Shown here: one piece after another, positions 42,341 to 53,955 of the stretch
Position numbering within the stretch: the stretch's first letter is position 1
How the letters are laid out: every line of letters begins with the position of its first letter
NCBI GenBank assembly: GCA_964016885.1
Contig: OZ024751.1
Span: 28,954,001-29,018,000 of the forward strand
Origin: Eledone cirrhosa
Lineage: Eukaryota
DNA length: 64,000 nt
Direction of reading: 5' to 3'
The notes under the pieces: model-generated
Told to the model about the DNA's origin: nothing
The model's database searches: none
The model's input: only the letters and a program-made list of their open reading frames with translations
Made by a program: the position numbers and the translations under genes

Positions 42341-43327
42341 TCTTCTATATATCTACATCTCTTTCTCACTTCCTTTATCTTACTCTCTATCCTTCCTCCA
42401 AAGAAATCTGCTGTATTCAGACCTGGAGAAGAGATGGGTTCTGCCAGGTTTATAAAATACCCTAGAAACTCTGTATGTCAATATGTCACCCCTATATGTC
42501 TACATCAGGATTTACAGAACCACACCATACCACACCCCACCAATGCAGTTTATAGTGACAAATAAATGAATTTAACTGATCAAATGGAAATTATCTGCCT
42601 TACATGTTTCTTTGATCTTCAACACTCCCAGAAGAAGTTGTTGTCTCTTAATTACTCCGATCACCCCAGTTGATCAAAGTGTTTCGACTCCTTATATTAT
42701 ATATGTAAGTATCTACCGTAATATTATAACTAGCTGTGAAATATCGTAGTTGATATTCTGATTATATAATAGTGTGTCTGCAGTGATGATGACAATGATG
42801 GTGATGTTTAGATGATGATGATGATGATGATAATGATGTTGATGATAAAGATGATGACAATGATGTTACGAGGAAGATGATAATGACACTGTTGATAACG
42901 ATAACATTAATGATGACAACAATGGGAATGTGATGGTGATGACGATAATAATGATGTTGTCGTGATGTTGATGATAATGATGACAACACTGTTGATGATG
43001 ACTACAATGATGACAATGACCACAATAATATGATGATGACGACGATGGATGCGATGATGACAATGATGGTGATGGTAATTATAATGTCGATGGTAATGAT
43101 GATGATGATGGTAATGATGATGATGATGATGATACTGTTGATAATAATGACAATATTGATGTGATGGTGATGACAATAACGATGTCATGGTGTTGATGAT
43201 AATGATGACAACACCGTTGACAATGACAATGATAATGTCATGATGATGATGATGATGACACTGTTGATAACACTGACGACAATAATGGTGATGACAATGA
43301 CACTTGATAACAGTGGTGACAATAATA

Positions 43328-43518
43328 ATTGTTTCTACTATAGGCACAAGGCCAGCAATTACCCCCAGTACATTACTGGTACTTTATTTTATCGACCCCG
43401 TAAGGATGAAAGGCAAAGTTAACCTCGGCGGGATTTGAACTCAGAATGGCAAGGGCCGTAACTCTATGCATCAAAGCATGGCGTCTGGCCCTCTACCGAT
43501 ACTGCCAATCCACCGCCC
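43328..43518 (-). mobile_element. SINE family S1, near full length
   Basis: Minus strand reads GGGCGGTGGATTGGCAGTATCGGTAGAG...GAGTTCAAATCCCGCCGAGGTTAACTTTGCCTTTCATCC... Confidence 0.9.
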
Positions 43519-44012
43519 TTTGACAATGACACTTGATGATAACTGGTGACAATAATAATGACATGATGATGATGACACCAACATTGATGATCATCATCAT
43601 TGTGGCATTGAAAATGATGACAATACTGACATGGTCAAGATTGTCCTTTTATGCTTTATTTTTTGTATATTTCTTCTTTACTGTAAGAAAGCCCACCCCC
43701 TCTTCTTACCTTCTCTTTGTCTTTAATCTCTCTCTCTCTCTCTCTCTGTATGTCTTTGTCTGTCTTTCTATCCCCCTGTCTCACTTTCTGTCTTTCTTTC
43801 TATCTCTATGTCTGTCCATGTCTTTCTAGTTCATTCTCTGTCTTTCTCTATCTCTCTATATTTTTTTCACCATCTATCTATCTCACTCATTCTGTCTTTT
43901 TTGTCACTATCTATCTATCTGTATGTCTGTATTTCTGTCTGTCACTATCTATCTGTCTGTCTGTCTGTCTATCTATCTGTCTGTCTGTGTGTCTGTCTGT
44001 CAGTCTATCTAT

Positions 44013-44208
44013 CTGCTCCTGGAGTTGAGGGTTGTTCTATCGACGGGGTATTAAACAACCCATTTGTAACGCCTTCCTCCTATTGGGGACTTCGATTGTT
44101 GAATTTGTTTGTTAAAAACTTTTTTTTATATGATTGTATGTAAAATCCCCGGCATATGTCCTTGTATTGTCCCCTTTTCTTGTGCACCCTTGTGGCAAAT
44201 AAAGAATT
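44013..44208 (+). mobile_element. Retroelement 3'UTR-like fragment in (TCTR)n, copy 1
   Basis: CTCCTGGAG.TGAGGGTTG ... TGTCCCCTT...CTTGTGGCAAATAAAGAA followed by the microsatellite. Confidence 0.55.
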
Positions 44209-44289
44209 CTATCTGTCTGTCTGTCTATCAGTCTATCTATCTATCTATCTATCTATCTCTGTCTATCTATCTATCATCTCTATATCAGC

Positions 44290-44535
44290 CTGTAGGTTGA
44301 GGAAAAAGAGGAAGAGAGGAAAGGGGTACAAACTCTTCATACTCCTGGAGATGAGGGTTGCACATTTTTTTCGGGGGTATGTGTTACCCACATGAACTGT
44401 CTCCCCCTATTGGGGAAAATCGACTAATTTTTAAATTGGATTTGTGATAATATTTTACACGTTTTTATTGTATGTAAACTTCCCCCTTTGTATTTGTCCC
44501 CTTCTTTTGTGCCCCTGTGGCTAATAAAGAAACAT
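44290..44535 (+). mobile_element. Retroelement 3'UTR-like fragment in (TCTR)n, copy 2
   Basis: Diverged homologue of 44013-44208 with the same AATAAAGAA end. Confidence 0.55.
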
Positions 44536-44552
44536 ATCTATTTGTCTATCTA

Positions 44553-44586
<34 letters not shown>

Positions 44587-44880
44587 AGTCTATATATCTA
44601 TCTATCCCACCCTGTGTCTATCATTCTCTCTCTCTATCTCTCTATCTCTCTATTTATCTCACCCTGTCTCTCTATCTCTATCACCTGAATCCCACCTTCC
44701 ACAACCGACCAACCTCATTGACAGATTTTAATGACTCCCAGCTTTAGGTTGGTCTGTATCTTGTATTGATAGAAGCTTTAAAGGATTACATGTTGATAGT
44801 TTCAATTTCTGCTGAACCATTGCACTTTTCCCACACACACTCCCCTTCCTCCTTCCCCCTCCTCCTCTTCCCAATGGCAG

Positions 44881-44991
44881 ATGGCCAGACTTTGCAACAA
44901 AACCACATAGCTTACACGATTTTGCTTTCTTCTACATCGAAACTTTCATTAAGAGAAGTTCATTTGGAGCATCAGACAAGCTCAGCGATTG
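44881..44991 (+). other. Candidate 111-nt symmetric exon
   Basis: Long pyrimidine tract plus CAG acceptor, weak G|GTACAT donor; open as WPDFATKPHSLHDFAFFYIETFIKRSSFGASDKLSD; no protein recognised. Confidence 0.3.
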
Positions 44992-45055
44992 GTACATATG
45001 TGTGTGTAGGTGCTTGCCTGTTTTTGTATGTATGTGTGTATGTCTGTGTAGATAC

Positions 45056-45086
<31 letters not shown>

Positions 45087-45089
<3 letters not shown>

Positions 45090-45268
45090 GTATTTCCGTG
45101 GGAAGGGTAAAGGAAAGGGGAGTGCTCTATGTATGCTACAGAGCTATTTAATTATGCAATAAACAACATAAGACAATTATTCCATTTACCAAAGGTTTCA
45201 TGAAGACAGGCGAGCTCAGCAGAGACGTCTGAAATCGTTCATCAGAATGAAAATTTAATATGGACGTA
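45087..45268 (-). mobile_element. Family A hammerhead-bearing short element in (TA)n
   Basis: Reverse complement of 45087-45199 aligns with 52513-52627; flanked by TA runs. Confidence 0.8.
45180..45252 (-). ncRNA. Type-I hammerhead ribozyme (GUA site, cut between 45187/45186)
   Basis: TTTCATT CTGATGA ACGA..TCAT GAAA CC-TTT-GG TA AATGGAA; core intact, stem I 7 bp, stem II with one mismatch near its base. Confidence 0.75.
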
Positions 45269-45509
45269 TAAATATATATATATTTTATTTGAATGAAATA
45301 GTTTTGGGAAGATGAACTATAAATGATGATGATGATATGTGTGTGTTTGTGTGTATTTAATGCATGTGTGAATGTGTCAAGTTTGTTTATATATATAAAC
45401 ACATGCTAATGTGGAAGATCTAACTATAACCATTGGTCTACTCATTGTAGAGGGAGCAACAAGTAATACAGCTTATTGTGCTTAGCTCGTAAATCCTTCA
45501 GGAAAAAGA

Positions 45510-46025
45510 CATTTATATATTATATATGTGTGTATCTGACTGATATCATTTATATATTATATATGTGTGTATCTGACTGATATCATTTATATATTATATA
45601 TGTGTGTATCTGACTGATATCATTTATATATTATATATGTGTGTATCTGACTGATATCATTTATATATTATATATGTGTGTATCTGACTGATATCATTTA
45701 TATATTATATATGTGTGTATCTGACTGATAACATTTATATATTATATATGTGTGTATCTGACTGATAACATTTATATATTATATATGTGTGTATCTGACT
45801 GATAACATTTATATATTATATATGTGTGTATCTGACTGATATCATTTATATATTATATATGTGTGTATCTGACTGATAACATTTATATATTATATATGTG
45901 TGTATCTGACTGATAACATTTATATATTATATATGTGTGTATCTGACTGATAACATTTATATATTATATATGTGTGTATCTGACTGATATCATTTATATA
46001 TTATATATGTGTGTATCTGACTGAT
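45510..46025. repeat. 37-bp minisatellite CATTTATATATTATATATGTGTGTATCTGACTGATA(T/A), ~14 copies
   Basis: Direct inspection. Confidence 0.97.
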
Positions 46026-46044
46026 GAAATGACAAGTCAGTCAG

Positions 46045-46230
46045 TCATATTGGTGGTCTTCCCACAGCCCCAGCGGACAGAATGGAGAAGGCGTTTCCCC
46101 GGAGGACGGCAAGAGAGATGCGCTGGAAAAGACATACCAGCTCGCGCGGCTCACACCTGTGGCTATGGTGGTGAGTAGGGAGGTAGCCCTGGGGCCGAGG
46201 AAGATAGATGTTAAACAACGATGATGATAA
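46045..46230 (+). mobile_element. GC-rich RTE-related 3' fragment
   Basis: GAGATGCGCTGGAAAAGAC and AAGATAGATGTTAAACAACGATGATGAT resemble the RTE ORF end and tail. Confidence 0.45.
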
Positions 46231-46403
46231 TATATATATTTTGGTGTCTCGTGTGTATGCATATATATCATGTGTGTATAGATGTATATATGTGTGTGTA
46301 TGTATGTATATATATGTACATATGTGTGTGTGTATATATATATATATACTGTTGCCTCATGCTTATGTATATATATATTTATATGTATGTGTGTATATAT
46401 ATA

Positions 46404-46435
<32 letters not shown>

Positions 46436-46741
46436 CACTACTGTCTACTGTCTACTATTGAATTAAGTGTATAATTAATACTTCTACAATAAACTGTAAA
46501 GGTTTATCTCAGTTGAGTATATAACATCTGGTTAAATATGCTGATTGATGTGAAATTTGTCTGTAAAATGTGTAGATGTTGCCATTTATGACAAACCAAA
46601 CAACTTAGATATGTTAAAGGACAAAAAGACTCGATATAAATTATAGAGTTGAAATATTTTTTCAAGTGTGTTGATACCAACCCCTCCAAAACTGCCTCTA
46701 TTTCTATGAAGGAAAAAAGAAAAAACACACCTATTTTTTAA

Positions 46742-46962
46742 CCCTTTAGCATTTAAACCGACCAGATCTGGCCAGAACTCTCTCACCTCTTTCTGCTCAA
46801 ACCGACTGTAACTTGCTGCTCATATCTACATTGAGGTATTGTTCTCAAAATAAATAACATCAAAATCTCATAGATTCAATATTACATCAGATAATTATGT
46901 AAGATTAAGTGTTTACTATGAAAATACAATAGTAAATTTAGAATAATGTAAATGCTAAAGGG
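46742..46962 (+). mobile_element. Full-length TTAA MITE M1 (piggyBac-like termini)
   Basis: TTAA|CCCTTTAGCATTTA ... TAAATGCTAAAGGG|TTAA: perfect 14-bp TIR and TTAA TSD. Confidence 0.92.
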
Positions 46963-47139
46963 TTAAATTGAAATGTTTCAACATAATTTTAAGCAATCTT
47001 TCCTAAATTCTTTATTAATTAATTAAAAGACAAAGGATTTTATTAGAAATATGTTAATGAAAAGATATTTTCCCCTGTTAAATTAGGGGTTAGACTTGTG
47101 GATCCCATGGCAGGTTTTATAGTAATCATAGATGGTGGG

Positions 47140-47455
47140 GGGGGGTCCTTTTTGAGGTAATGTTTTACATACAGACTCTTTAGGATCCCTTTTAGGGGAT
47201 TTTTTATATATCGACTCCTTAGGGTCCTTTTTAAGTCAGTTTTACTTATTGACTTATTAGGTCCCCTTTTAAGGTATTATTTTACATATTGACTACTTAG
47301 GGTCCCTTTTAAGGTATTGTTTTACGTATCAATCCCTTAGGGTCCTTTTTAAGGTATTGTTTTACATGTCAACCCCTTAGGGTCTTTTTTAAGGTATTGT
47401 TTTACATATCAACCCCTTAGGGTCCTTTTTAAGGTATTGTTTTACATATTGACTC
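47140..47455. repeat. 40-bp tandem repeat TTAGGGTCCTTTTTAAGGTATTGTTTTACATATCAACCCC
   Basis: About 8 diverged units. Confidence 0.9.
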
Positions 47456-47589
47456 CTCCTAACCATATCATTTTCTGTGACCGCCCATGTGTATAGTACT
47501 TGGCCACATTGCTTGACAAATGTCAAAGTGACCCAGGGTACAGTGTCTCAACCATTGTCTCCCTCCTCTGACACATATTGTGATGGAGT

Positions 47590-48135
47590 GGTCAGTCGAA
47601 TGTATTGAGAGTGCTTGATTTTATTGACCACGGATGGATGAAAGACAAAGTTGACCTCAGCAAAAAATTTGAACTTGTATAATGATAATAAAAATAATAA
47701 TGATTTCTGATTTAGGCACAAGACCAACAATTTTGGAGGGAAGAGGGGAAAGTCAATAAAATCAACCCAGTGCATTACTGGTACTTAATTTTATCGACCC
47801 TGTATGGATGAAAGGCAAAGTTAACCGTGGTAGGATTTGAACACAGAATATGAAGGGATATAACTATATGCTGCAAAGCATGGTGCCTGACCCTCTACCG
47901 ATTCTGCCAACCCACCACCCCTAGTAATAAGGACAATAGCAACAACAAGAAAGCAAGATATTGTTAGATAAATAAATGTTTCTACTTTTGGTACAAGGCC
48001 AGCAATTACCCAGTGCATTACTGGTACTTTATTTTATCGACCTTGTAAGGATGAAAGGCAAAGTTAACCTCGCCGGAATTGGAACTCTATGCTGCGAAGC
48101 ATAGAGTCTGACTCTCTACCAATACTGCTAACCAG
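47590..48135 (-). mobile_element. Cluster of three S1 SINE copies
   Basis: GGATGAAAG(G/A)CAAAGTT recurs at ~47636, ~47807 and ~48049. Confidence 0.85.
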
Positions 48136-49080
48136 TGTTTTGATAGAGAGAGAGAAGATGGAATCCTGTCTGTTACTTTCTGCATAGTTTTTACCTTAAT
48201 TAGTTGTCCAAATTAAAGCAAACTATCATTACAGTTGTACAGTATTAACACACCTGTTTATTCTCGAAATATATTGCTGGGGAAAATATTATTTACTCAG
48301 GTAATATGTCACACCTTGTTAAGGGTGGTAATATTGACATACATACACACACGCACACACACGCAGACACACATATACACATACACTCACACTCTTACAG
48401 AGACACTGACACACCCACACACACTCTTGATATGTCACAAACAGCTTGTTAAAGGTGGTAACATTGAAACACATAAACACACATATATACACACATATAT
48501 ACACACAGAAACACACTGACTGAGAAACACACACACTGACACACTCATACTCTCACAGACACACATGCTCACACAATCACACACATTCACACTCTAACAC
48601 ATGCAACCACACACACACATACTCTCACACACACACTCACACTCATTCCCCACATACACACAGAGACGCACACTCTGTCTCTCTCACACACACACAATCT
48701 TCTCATGTTTATAATGTTGCTAAACAATTTTCCCCCCAAAATAGACACAAACTAAAATTTTGATATATTTTTCTATTTCAGTTGTTTGTGCAGCTTTATT
48801 TTATATTTATTTAAATATTTTTAATTTAAAAAAACATTTATCTAAATTTCTTCAATTTTTTTATTTTCATTTTGTGTGGTAGAATTTTAAGTTCTTCTTA
48901 GTTCCAGAAGGAACCTTTTCATCACCATTGCCATTATTTACAGTCCTCAGGCTAAAATGTTTGCAACACAGACGTAATCACAATAACATCACACAAACTA
49001 ACCATTTACAAATTTTCACAGAGAATCTATTTATCTGTGTTTCTATCTGAAAACCACCCTATTTCTCTCTCTCTCTCTCT

Positions 49081-49147
<67 letters not shown>

Positions 49148-49505
49148 CTTGCAAGCAGGGAAAAGCGGACGTAAAATGATGATGATGATGATATCATTTA
49201 TCAGCGTTTAACATACATTTTTTACATATATATATAAACCCACGCAAGCATGGAAGATGGACGTTAAATGATGATGATATATATATATATAATACATTAT
49301 AAAGAAAGAAGAAACATTAGATATAAATAAAAAGGTATACCATACCTAAATTCCTTCATTATCCTCGACTACGTAGTTTCCTGGGTATTATGCAAAAACA
49401 TTACATCACAGAGATGCAGTATTTTTGTGAGGTTTGCTGACTTATCAAGAGGATACCATGCATGTATATGCATGTATATGTATGTATTTGCATGTTTCTT
49501 TGTAT

Positions 49506-49538
<33 letters not shown>

Positions 49539-49539
49539 C

Positions 49540-49882
49540 GTTTATCATCATCACCGTTTAACGTACATTTTTTCCATGCTAACATGGATTACACAAATTG
49601 TCCCGTTGTGAGCCAACCCGGATAAGATGACTGTGTCTTGCACATACAGAACTCATTCTGGTTGGGTTTCTATGGCTGAATGCCCTTCCTAACACCAACC
49701 GCATTTGCATTGTGTACTGGTGGCTTTTTGTTATGACACCTACACAACCACTTCACAGTGCGGGCTGTGCACTTTGTGTTATGGGCACTTACATGATCAC
49801 TTTACAGTACTGGATATTTTTTGTCATGTTACCAATATGACCATTGTACAGTGCGGACTGAGCACTTTTTATCATGGCACCA
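49540..49882 (-). mobile_element. Diverged RTE 3'UTR/tail fragment
   Basis: TTCCATGCTAACATGG..., TGCCCTTCCTAACACCAACC. Confidence 0.75.
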
Positions 49883-49902
49883 AAGCGATATATATATACG
49901 AT

Positions 49903-50050
49903 GGAGGCACATGGCTTCGTGGTTAGAGCATTGGGCTTGCAATCGAAAGGTTGTGAGTTCAATTCTCAGACCGGGTGATGTGTTGTTTCCTTGAGCAAGA
50001 CACTTTATTTCACATTGCTCCAGTTTACTCAGCTGTAGAAATGAGATGAT
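49903..50050 (+). mobile_element. tRNA-derived SINE family S2
   Basis: A-box TGGCTTCGTGG, B-box GAGTTCAATTC, then CCTTGAGCAAGACACTTTATTTCACATTGCTCCAG. Confidence 0.85.
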
Positions 50051-50414
50051 AGGACTGGAGTCCCTATCATTCCACTGTAAAGGAAAAAAAACACCCAGCC
50101 CACACTGCAAAGTGGTCGTGGAGGTGCCACGGCAAAAAACACCCAGCACTCACTGTAAATGAGGTTGGTGTTAGGAAGGACATCCAGCTGTAGAAATCAA
50201 GCCAGAATCAGTTCCAGCCCCACCCTTGCAAGCAGGGAAAAGCGGACATGAAATGAAATGAATGAATATACATGGATGAAAAGTTCATTGGCTTACCAAG
50301 ATACTCTAATGGAATGACCAAATGAGGTTTATTTTTCAACATAGTCCCCAAAAAGAAATAATGATGTTATTAATAACAAGAGTTGAAATTAATGTATGAT
50401 TTATGTAAGATTAC

Positions 50415-50660
50415 CCAGCAAGTGATGTGTATGGATGATAGTTACTGGGTGAAGAGGTGCCATGAAATCCCAGTGGAGGAAAGCTGCAGTAACGGTAGAC
50501 CAAGGAAGACCTGGGCAGTCGTGGTGAGAACTGATCTCAGATCACTGAGATTCACAGAGGATGGCGAAGGAACATGGTGACTCGAGAGATGCTGTGCTGG
50601 AAAGGGCTTGTCCAACCCTTGTAAGTGATGAAAAATGGACGTAAAAATGATGATGATGAT
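50415..50660 (+). mobile_element. RTE LINE 3' fragment
   Basis: VMCMDDSYWVKRCHEIPVEESCSNGRPRKTWAVVVRTDLRSL; GGACGTAAAAATGATGATGAT tail. Confidence 0.9.
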
Positions 50661-51175
50661 ATATATGTAATTTATTTATGGTTGCAAAGCTACACTGGTG
50701 ACGCAATGAGCATTAGTTGCGTGTTTAATGCACTCTTTAAACTGGCCCAAACAACCAAACCTGTGAATGTGTGTGTGTATATATGCATGTGTGCATGTAT
50801 GTATGTATGTATGTGTGTGTAATTTTGTACTAGTGATGTAAGAATATCAGACACTTCCAGCGGCTAGATCAGATAATATTTCCTATGTAATAGAAATTGA
50901 TAGAGATCTGGTGTCTGGTTGGTTCAGCTGGTTGACACCTCTCACTTGCAATAGAACACACACCACAGACATATATATATATATTTGTGGGTATATGTAT
51001 ATGTGTGTATATGTATATATTTATAAATGTATATATATATATATATGTATATATTTATATATGTATATATATATGTATATATATATATATTTATAAATGT
51101 ATATCTATATATTGAGTTCCTAACTCAATATATACATTTAATATCTAGATATATATATATATTTAGGTATATATT

Positions 51176-51206
<31 letters not shown>

Positions 51207-51545
51207 ATATATATGTATATATGTATGTGTATATATATATGTATATATGTATGCGTATATATATATATATGTATATATGTATATATATGTGTATGTATAT
51301 ATATATATGTATATATATATATGTATATATATATATATGTGTATATATATATATGTGTATATTTATATATATATATATATGCATATATATATATGTATAT
51401 ATATATATACATATATATACATATATATACACACATATATATACACATATATATACATACACATATATATACATACACATATATATATACATATATATAT
51501 ACACATACATATATACATATATATATACACATACATATATATATA

Positions 51546-51579
<34 letters not shown>

Positions 51580-51623
51580 TATAAATATATACGTATATAT
51601 ATATATATATATACATATATAAA

Positions 51624-51872
51624 TCATCATCATCATCGTTTAACGTCCGTGTTCCATGCTTGCATGGGTTTGGACGGGAGTTTTCCCACTTGAGGCAAGA
51701 GTGGTTGTCTTGCTCGCATAGGACTGTCTGGCGGGTTTTCTACAGTTGGATGCCCTTCCTAACACCAACCACATTTACAGTGTGGGGCTGGGAGGTTTTT
51801 ACCGTGTTGCCTACACGGCCACATTACAGCGTGGACTGTCTGGCAGGTTTTCTACAGCTGGATGCCCTTCCT
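51624..51872 (-). mobile_element. RTE-type 3'UTR/tail fragment
   Basis: (CAT)n CGTTTAACGTCCGTGTTCCATGC... Confidence 0.85.
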
Positions 51873-51990
51873 ATACGTATATATATATATACATATATAA
51901 ATATATACGTAAATATATATATATATAGATATTAAATGTATATATTGAGTTAGGAACTCAATATATAGATATACATTTATAAATATATAC

Positions 51991-52028
<38 letters not shown>

Positions 52029-52036
52029 ATATATAC

Positions 52037-52075
<39 letters not shown>

Positions 52076-52337
52076 TAAATATATATGTATATATATATAA
52101 ATATATACGTATATATATGTAGATATTAAATGTATATATTGAGTTAGGAACTCAATATATAGATATACATTTATAAATATATATATATATATATACATAT
52201 ATATGTGTGCATGTATGTATATATATGTATACATACTACTGTACGTCTGTATACATATATGTATGTACGTATACATACTTATATTTAAGTAACAGCTGTA
52301 CTAAGAGTGAGAAATGAAATTTCGTTTCATTTTTTCC

Positions 52338-52393
<56 letters not shown>

Positions 52394-52400
<7 letters not shown>

Positions 52401-52627
52401 TGTAATAAACAACATAAGGCAATTATTTCATTTACCAGTGGTTTCTTAAAAGCAAAAAAATTTTGCTCTCAATCATCAGAATGAAAAAATCCTGGCGTAT
52501 TTATTGATGTTGGAAACCACTGGTAAATGAAATAATTGCCTTATGTTGTTTATTACATAACTATTAAGCTCTGTTACCTACATAGAGCACTCTTTTTTCC
52601 TGGACTTTTCCGACGGAATTACTTCAT
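52394..52627. mobile_element. Family A element with a perfect 52-bp inverted duplication
   Basis: 52394-52445 is the exact reverse complement of 52513-52564; body homologous to 45087-45199. Confidence 0.85.
52426..52486 (-). ncRNA. Type-I hammerhead ribozyme (GUA site, cut between 52433/52432)
   Basis: TTTCATT CTGATGA TTGAGAGCAAAA-TTT-TTTTGCTTTTAA GAAA CC-ACT-GG TA AATGAAA; core intact, 7-bp stem I, 12-bp stem II (atypical U10.1-A11.1). Confidence 0.8.
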
Positions 52628-52638
52628 TCATACATATA

Positions 52639-52670
<32 letters not shown>

Positions 52671-52679
52671 GATATATAT

Positions 52680-52739
52680 ATAGGAACGAGTAGGACCCCG
52701 ACGGCTGAGCTCAAGCCGTTTCGACGGCTAATTCTGGAC
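52680..52739 (-). mobile_element. Family B fragment (half-hammerhead arm only)
   Basis: Identical to 53830-53889. Confidence 0.85.
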
Positions 52740-53167
52740 CAGATGTACAGTAGTATGTATATATATATACATACATGCACACATATATATATGCACGTAT
52801 CGGTTTACCGAACATTTATTATAATGCTCGGTTTGTTTGTAATACAAACAAACAGCCCGAATTATGCCGTACAGTGTTTAGGCAACCACATCACCTTTTT
52901 GTTCAACACTGACACAGAAACGATGTACTAGTTTCAAGCTTATTAGCTATCGTCAGCATCGTATACCTTCCTGCTAGATGGTTGAACGACTGAAAGTATT
53001 TACTCTCCTTATGCATATTAACGGCTGAGCAGCCTAATTTGCATATCGAGTGAGTTCAGTCAGCCCAATGAATAAAAACCCCAAAGTGAAACCTCTTTTC
53101 CTTCTCCTGTGTATGTCTTTGTGGTATATTAATATTCCTGTATCTGAAGTTTGAAGCCTTTTCTTAG

Positions 53168-53573
53168 TTTAGCATTTAAACCGGCCATATCCAGCCAGAA
53201 TTCTCTCACCTCTTTCTATTCAAACCAGCTGTAACTGGCCGCTCATACTGATGTTAAGATATTTTTGTCAAAATAATATCAAAATCTCATAGATTCGATA
53301 TTATATGAGATAATTATGTAAAGTAAAGCCTTTACCATGAAAATGTAATATCAAATATAGAGGTAATATAAATGCATTTAAACTGGACATATCAGCCAGA
53401 ATTCTCTCACCTCTTTCTGTTTAAACCAGCCACTCATACTTATGTTAAGGTATTTTTCTGAAAATAAATATCAAAATCTTGTAGATTCGATATTATGGGA
53501 AATCATTACGTAAGATAAAGCCTTTACCTTGAAAATATAATAGTAAATATAGAGTAATATAAATGCTAAAGGG
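53168..53573 (+). mobile_element. Head-to-tail dimer of MITE M1
   Basis: Two M1 bodies fused at AAATGCATTT (~53370-53379); ends AAAGGG|TTAA. Confidence 0.85.
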
Positions 53574-53704
53574 TTAAAGCTGTGTGCTTAAAACACACAC
53601 ACACACACACACACATACACATACGCATTCAGTTCAGTTCCCTTTAATATATACAGATGTAATTTTTTTTATAAATCTGAAAATAGTGCGAGTGTGTGTG
53701 TGGT

Positions 53705-53735
<31 letters not shown>

Positions 53736-53750
53736 ATATATATATATATA

Positions 53751-53955
53751 TAACGAAGGAAATGTGGTAAGGAACCAGGTAGACCATAACGTACCAAAGT
53801 ACTCAATACTTAGGGTAGTAGAGTGGGTAATAGGAACGAGTAGGACCCCGACGGCTGAGCTCAAGCCGTTTCGACGGCTAATTCTGGACGTCCAGAATTA
53901 GCCGTCGAAACGGCTTGAGCTTGAGCTCAGCCGTCGGGGTCCTACTCGTTCCTAT
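53751..53955 (-). mobile_element. Family B element with a 60-bp-arm palindrome and 3'-half hammerhead
   Basis: Palindrome centre GGAC|GTCC at 53889/53890; reads GACG..CGTC GAAA CGGCT-TGAGCTC-AGCCG TC GGGGTCC; flanked by (TA)n. Confidence 0.85.

Noticed and set aside
42595-42630. Minus-strand TTGAAGA-TCAAA-GAAACATGTA hammerhead-like motif
   Set aside because: C3 is missing, stem II is essentially absent and there is no stem I; at best an unresolvable relic.
44818-44835. miR-92-like CATTGCACTTTTCCC
   Set aside because: The 3' half does not match and there is no complementary 5p arm to form a precursor hairpin.
47140-47455. TTAGGG telomeric-like motif
   Set aside because: Only one hexamer per 40-bp unit; not a telomeric array.
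49903-49975. tRNA gene
   Set aside because: The A/B boxes continue into a dispersed SINE body and I could not fold an intact cloverleaf.
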